Assembly (NCBI RefSeq): GCF_009914755.1
Contig: NC_060930.1
Reading direction: 5' to 3' (one strand)
Length of the DNA stretch: 64,000 bases
Source of the DNA: the human T2T-CHM13v2.0 reference genome, Homo sapiens
Below are positions 59,583 through 64,000 of this stretch, piece after piece. Below the pieces are notes generated by a model. The model searched no databases. It saw only the letters and a program-made list of their open reading frames with translations, and was not told the origin of the DNA. The translations under genes and the position numbers were made by a program. Position 1 is the first letter of the stretch, and the number at the start of each line of letters is the position of its first letter.

Positions 59583-59844
59583 AACTGGAGTAAAGCAATC
59601 CATATTAGTGAATCTGTGCAAGGTTTGATACCAAGAAAAGTTGTTGAATGTCAAGGACTCAAGTCTCAGAAGAGCCTTGAGAATCAGGTAAGTGAATTAT
59701 GCTTAAACTGGGAATATAGCCAAAATTTGATTAAGCACTGACTGAGAATATACCGAAACTGTTTCTAATTGTACATAACCTTTGCCTGAAATAAGTAATA
59801 AAAACCTAGGTCAAAATATTGGTATTTATAGAAAACAGTTTTGA

Positions 59845-60140
59845 GGCCAGGGGCGGTGGCTCACGCCTGTAATCCCAGCACTTTGGGAGGCCAAGGCGCG
59901 AGGATCACGAGGTCAGGAGATCGAGACCATCCTGGCTAACACGGTGAAACCTCGTCTCTACTAAAAAAATACAAAAAATTAGCCGGGCGTGGTGACGGGC
60001 ACCTGTAGTCCCAGCTACTCCGGAGGCTGAGGCAGGAGAATGGCGTGAACCTGGGAGGCGGAGCTTGCAGTGAGCCTAGATTACCCCACTGCACTCCAGC
60101 CTGGGCGTCACAGAGTGAGACTCCATCTCAAAAAAAAAAA
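59845..60140 (+). mobile_element. AluY
   Basis: AluY diagnostics, CpG-rich. TSD AAAA(CA/TG)GTTTTGA. Confidence 0.95.
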
Positions 60141-60147
60141 ATGGTTT

Positions 60148-60750
60148 TGAAGCAGCATTGTCGTCTGGGGTAAATACCTGAGGAGTACATGGACACAAGA
60201 AGTGGGTTTAGGAGCGGAGGTTTAACAGGCAAAAGAAAGAGAAAGGAGAACACCTCTCTCTCTTGCAAAAGAAAGGGGTGCCCAAATGGGAATTCAAGCC
60301 TGCAACAGAGTTCACAGGATTTTGTAGACAGGCTTGAGGAGGCAGTGTCTGATTTACATAGGGCCCAAAGATTGGTTGGACCAGGTGTGATATTTACATA
60401 ATGCACAGGGAAGCTGGCTGCCCCCACCCTAATCTTATTATGCAAATGCCTGGCTGGTGCCATGTTGCCTGCTCCTTACTGTACACGTGGCTGGCAAAGA
60501 GAAGGAAAGATGAAACTGCCATTTTGAGCATGCCTAGTCCCAGGTGGCCTTTTCCTATTGACACAACTGCCGGCATCCACCCAGGCAAGCTTCCAACTTG
60601 CTTGTCTATGTTTGCAGCTAAATTTTACAGGCTGCTTTTTGTTAGAAAAGAAAATATTTTGGGGGCTGCTTTTTACTAAAATAAAACTTTACCGAGAACT
60701 CCCAAACCCTCACTATCTGCCCAAATAATTTCTTCTTAACTCCTATATCA
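60148..60750 (-). mobile_element. MER50-like ERV1 solo LTR
   Basis: Reverse complement begins TGATATAGGAGTTAAGAAGAAATTATTTGGGCAGATAGTGAGGG. TSD GTTT. Confidence 0.85.
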
Positions 60751-60914
60751 GTTTGAAAGCCAAGTAACCCACACACTTATCTCAGACTATGGATCAGGAG
60801 CCCGTGTCTTGAGGCCCATTGTGCCTGAATGGTCTCCAAATAGATTTTTGGAGAAGCTCAAGAATCTCCTGACCCTTTACACACAATTGGACGCTAATAA
60901 TAAGATAGAATAAG

Positions 60915-61447
60915 AGTGAAACGTGTCTCCTCCTTCACATTGTTTTTCCTTCTTTTCACAAAACCCACACTACTACCTAACTGACACTATACCTGCTGAT
61001 CCTGAGGCTCTAGTTACACAAAGAAAATAGTCCTTTTTCTATGCTTTCATAATGTTTAGCTATGCCTTTTACTTAAAGAATTCCAGAAACTGGCCTTAGG
61101 AGATCCAAATATTGAAGCAAGGTTTCAGGGTCCCACCTCGGGAAGGAATGCTGCAATTGATTTACAGCCTTATTGCTTCTGGTCAGACCACCAGGTGGCC
61201 CATTACTCAAGAAAACCATTGCAGCCAAGCCGGCACACCTTACTCCTGATGTCAATTCCCTCACTTTGCCTAATGAAAAATTCCTATTGGTTCTTTTTGG
61301 ACAGCCAGCCAAAAAAAATCCTTGTACCTCTGCTGTCTCCCTTGTGCTTGAGCACAAGCCCCACAATAAAGCCTTGTCTGGGAAATCCAGTTGGCCCTGC
61401 ATTAATTTCCATTACATGGGGAGCCTAACAGCCTGTGGTCTGTAACA
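60915..61447 (+). mobile_element. ERV1 LTR (MER67/MER31-like, uncertain)
   Basis: AATAAA at 61365-61370; ends TGTAACA. Confidence 0.6.
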
Positions 61448-62169
61448 ATAATGCAGGGCTGATTTTTAAAATATTTAACAACCAGTATGGCTCAGATATC
61501 ATCCAGTCAGAATGTATGCCTGATCGGTCTAATCAACTGACAGCCATTATGCAAACATGATGTGCCCCAGCTAAAATATCATGAGCCTGTTTCCTCCAGA
61601 GTTTCTTTAACTTTCATCAGATTCTCAAAGGAGTCAGTGACCCAGAAAATGTCCTGGACCATTGTCAATGGATCATATCAGACAATGGAAACCCATGCAC
61701 TTCAGTAACTAAACATATTTAGTGATTGATAAGTGTTATCATTGTTTGGTTATGAGTATTATTTTTTCAAAATTGCTTTCCATGAGTTAAACTTTAGAGT
61801 TAAGATATCAAATTGTACTGAGAATTGACAAGAAAGAGTCTCACGAAATCAGTTATTGGATTTTCCTAAAGACCATAGCTATTAAATCTCACTGTTTGGC
61901 CTACATAAAACAGTTATAGATCAATTCACTGACAGTCAATTCAAGAAATGTCTAATTTGCAAGATAACTTGCTTGTTTAACTGTTTAGCTTTCATTTACC
62001 AGGTTTTATTTCATGTTTGTTTACAAAATTACTATAAGAAATATTTCTATTGTCTTCAGCTTAGTTCCCACTGTTGTAGAGGATTTGAGGATCAGAGAGT
62101 GGAAACACTCAAGTTTGGAGGGAGGAAGACTGAGGAACAAGGAGAGGGGAGAATGTAGGGCATACAAAT

Positions 62170-63325
62170 ACATCCTTGGAACTGCAAAGCTACTTTAAAA
62201 AAACATAGGGGGAAATCTCTATGGCATTGGTCTTAGCGATGACTTTTTTTTTTTTAACATGGCCCCAAAAACACAGGAAACAAAAGCAAAAGTAGACAAA
62301 TGAGATTATATCAAATTTAAAAGTCTCTGCACAGCAAATGAAACAACCAACAAAATGAAAAGACAACATATGGAATGGGAGAAAATATTTGCAAACCATA
62401 CATCTGATAAGAGGTAACTATGCAAAATATATAAGAAGTTCAAACATATCAATAGAAAGAAAACAATATTATTGAAAAATGAGCAAACTTAAATAGACAT
62501 TTCTCCAAAGAAGACAAACAAATGCCAAGAATTATATGAAAAAACACTCAACATCAGTAATCATCAGGGAAATGCAAATTAAAACCACAATGAGATATTA
62601 CCTCATATCTGTTAGAATGACTATCATCAAAAAGACAAAAGATGGTAAATGTTGAGAAAATAAAGGGCTTCCCTTTACTTCACATCTTAGTACAGCCGTT
62701 ATGGAAAGCAAACAGAAGGGAGTTTACTCAAAAAAACTGAAAATAAAACTGTCACATGATCCAGAACTTCCACTGCCAGACGTATATCCAAAAGAAATGA
62801 AATTGTATGCTGAAGAGAAATCTGTATTTTCGTGTTTATTGTAGCACTATTCATAACAGTCAAGGCATGGAATCAACCTAAATGTCCAACAATGGATAAA
62901 TGGATAAAGGAAATGTGGTAGATAGATACAGTGGAATACTATTCATCCATTAAAAAGAATGAAATCCTGTCATTTGTGACAACATGGATGAACCTGGAGG
63001 ACATTATGATAAGTGAAATAAGCCAGGCACAGAAAGATAAATAGCATATGATCTCACTTATATGAGGAATCTAAAAAAGTTGAACTTACAGAAGCAAAGA
63101 GTGGAATGATAGTTACCAGGGGTTGGAGTTGAGGGGAGGAACTGAGGAGATATTGGTCAAACATACAATATTTCATTTAGACAGAAGGAATAAATTCAAA
63201 GAGATATATTGCGCAACATGGTGACTATAGTTAACAGCAATGTATTGTATACTTGAAAATTGCTGAGAGTAGATTTTAAGTATTCTCACCACAAATAAAC
63301 GATAAAAGTATGTAAGGTAAGGCAT
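62170..63325 (+). mobile_element. L1MA 3' portion
   Basis: ORF2 end and 3' UTR (GACAACATGGATGAACCTGGAGGACATTATG; GTGACTATAGTTAAC). Confidence 0.9.
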
Positions 63326-63905
63326 GTTACTGGGAAGTGCAGGGATCCTCAGTTCTTTGTCTTATTTGGAGAAAGCATTCTGCCAAGCAACTGATTTAGC
63401 CAAAAAGAGAATTTACTGAAGCAAAATAGAGAGCAGAGAGTTACTTACAGAGACAGTACATTCTGCAAAGATGAAGCAGAGTGGGCAAATGAAGGAGGTA
63501 AGCCAGCAGCAGCTCGAGAGTTCTGCCTTGGATTTTTATTGTGTTGGACTCTTTCTTGAAGTTTCTGCCTCTGTCTCAAGTCTCTACCTTTTTTTCTTGT
63601 CTAGGTTTCCCACGCCTGTCTTAAGTCCCTGCCTTGTCTCCACCTAGCTCTTATCCCAGGTTTGTGGGACCCTCCTTTATTGTCAGTTGGTGTGCATGTA
63701 TGTGCCCCGTGCTGGATACAAATCCTGCCCGATGGCAGCCCTGCTCATTACCACCAACTCAGGAAGGTTGTATTGCAGCCAAGTCTGTATCTATTGTGCC
63801 TGCATCTTTCTTTGGAATTTCTTTTTCTGCCCTAGTCTGTACTTATGACACCAGGTTTTTCTTAGGAATGTCACCCTTTGCCCTTCTTATTAGCATGTAG
63901 CTAGC

Positions 63906-63907
<2 letters not shown>
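63325..63907 (-). mobile_element. ERV1-class LTR (partial, interrupted by an Alu)
   Basis: TGTTACTGG start directly abuts the L1 3' UTR; LTR-like composition. Confidence 0.6.
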
Positions 63908-63962
<55 letters not shown>

Positions 63963-64000
63963 GCGGAGTCTCGCTCTGTCACTGGGCTGGAGTACAATGG
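63908..64000 (-). mobile_element. Alu 3' end with a 54 nt pure T tract; runs off the window
   Basis: T54 followed by GGCGGAGTCTCGCTCTGTC. Confidence 0.92.

Overview
This is primate (human-like) genomic DNA: AT-rich, repeat-dense, and intergenic or deep-intronic. I recognise no cellular protein-coding exon, rRNA, tRNA or CRISPR array. The window is a mosaic of L1 (L1PA, L1MA, older L1M), Alus, a FAM monomer, MIR, L2, MaLR/ERVL/ERV1 LTRs, hAT MITEs, a nested ERV block (class III pro-pol, a HERV-W LTR17, an ERV1 LTR plus env TM) and a 2.4 kb TA/TGA/TCA array. The clearest unusual signals are: (1) a 231 bp copy of nearby unique DNA inside an AluSc, with junction microhomology and loss of all three CpGs; (2) an old unrecognised duplicated module 8.1 kb apart, with a long microsatellite in one copy; (3) an MLT2A solo LTR with a DUX4-like motif, an intact splice donor, an apparently dead polyA signal and a candidate downstream exon; (4) possible strand-biased hypermutation of an LTR18B; (5) an inverted, tail-less L1 fragment. 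Subfamily names come from my memory of consensus sequences and need RepeatMasker/Dfam confirmation. Boundaries of old repeats are approximate.
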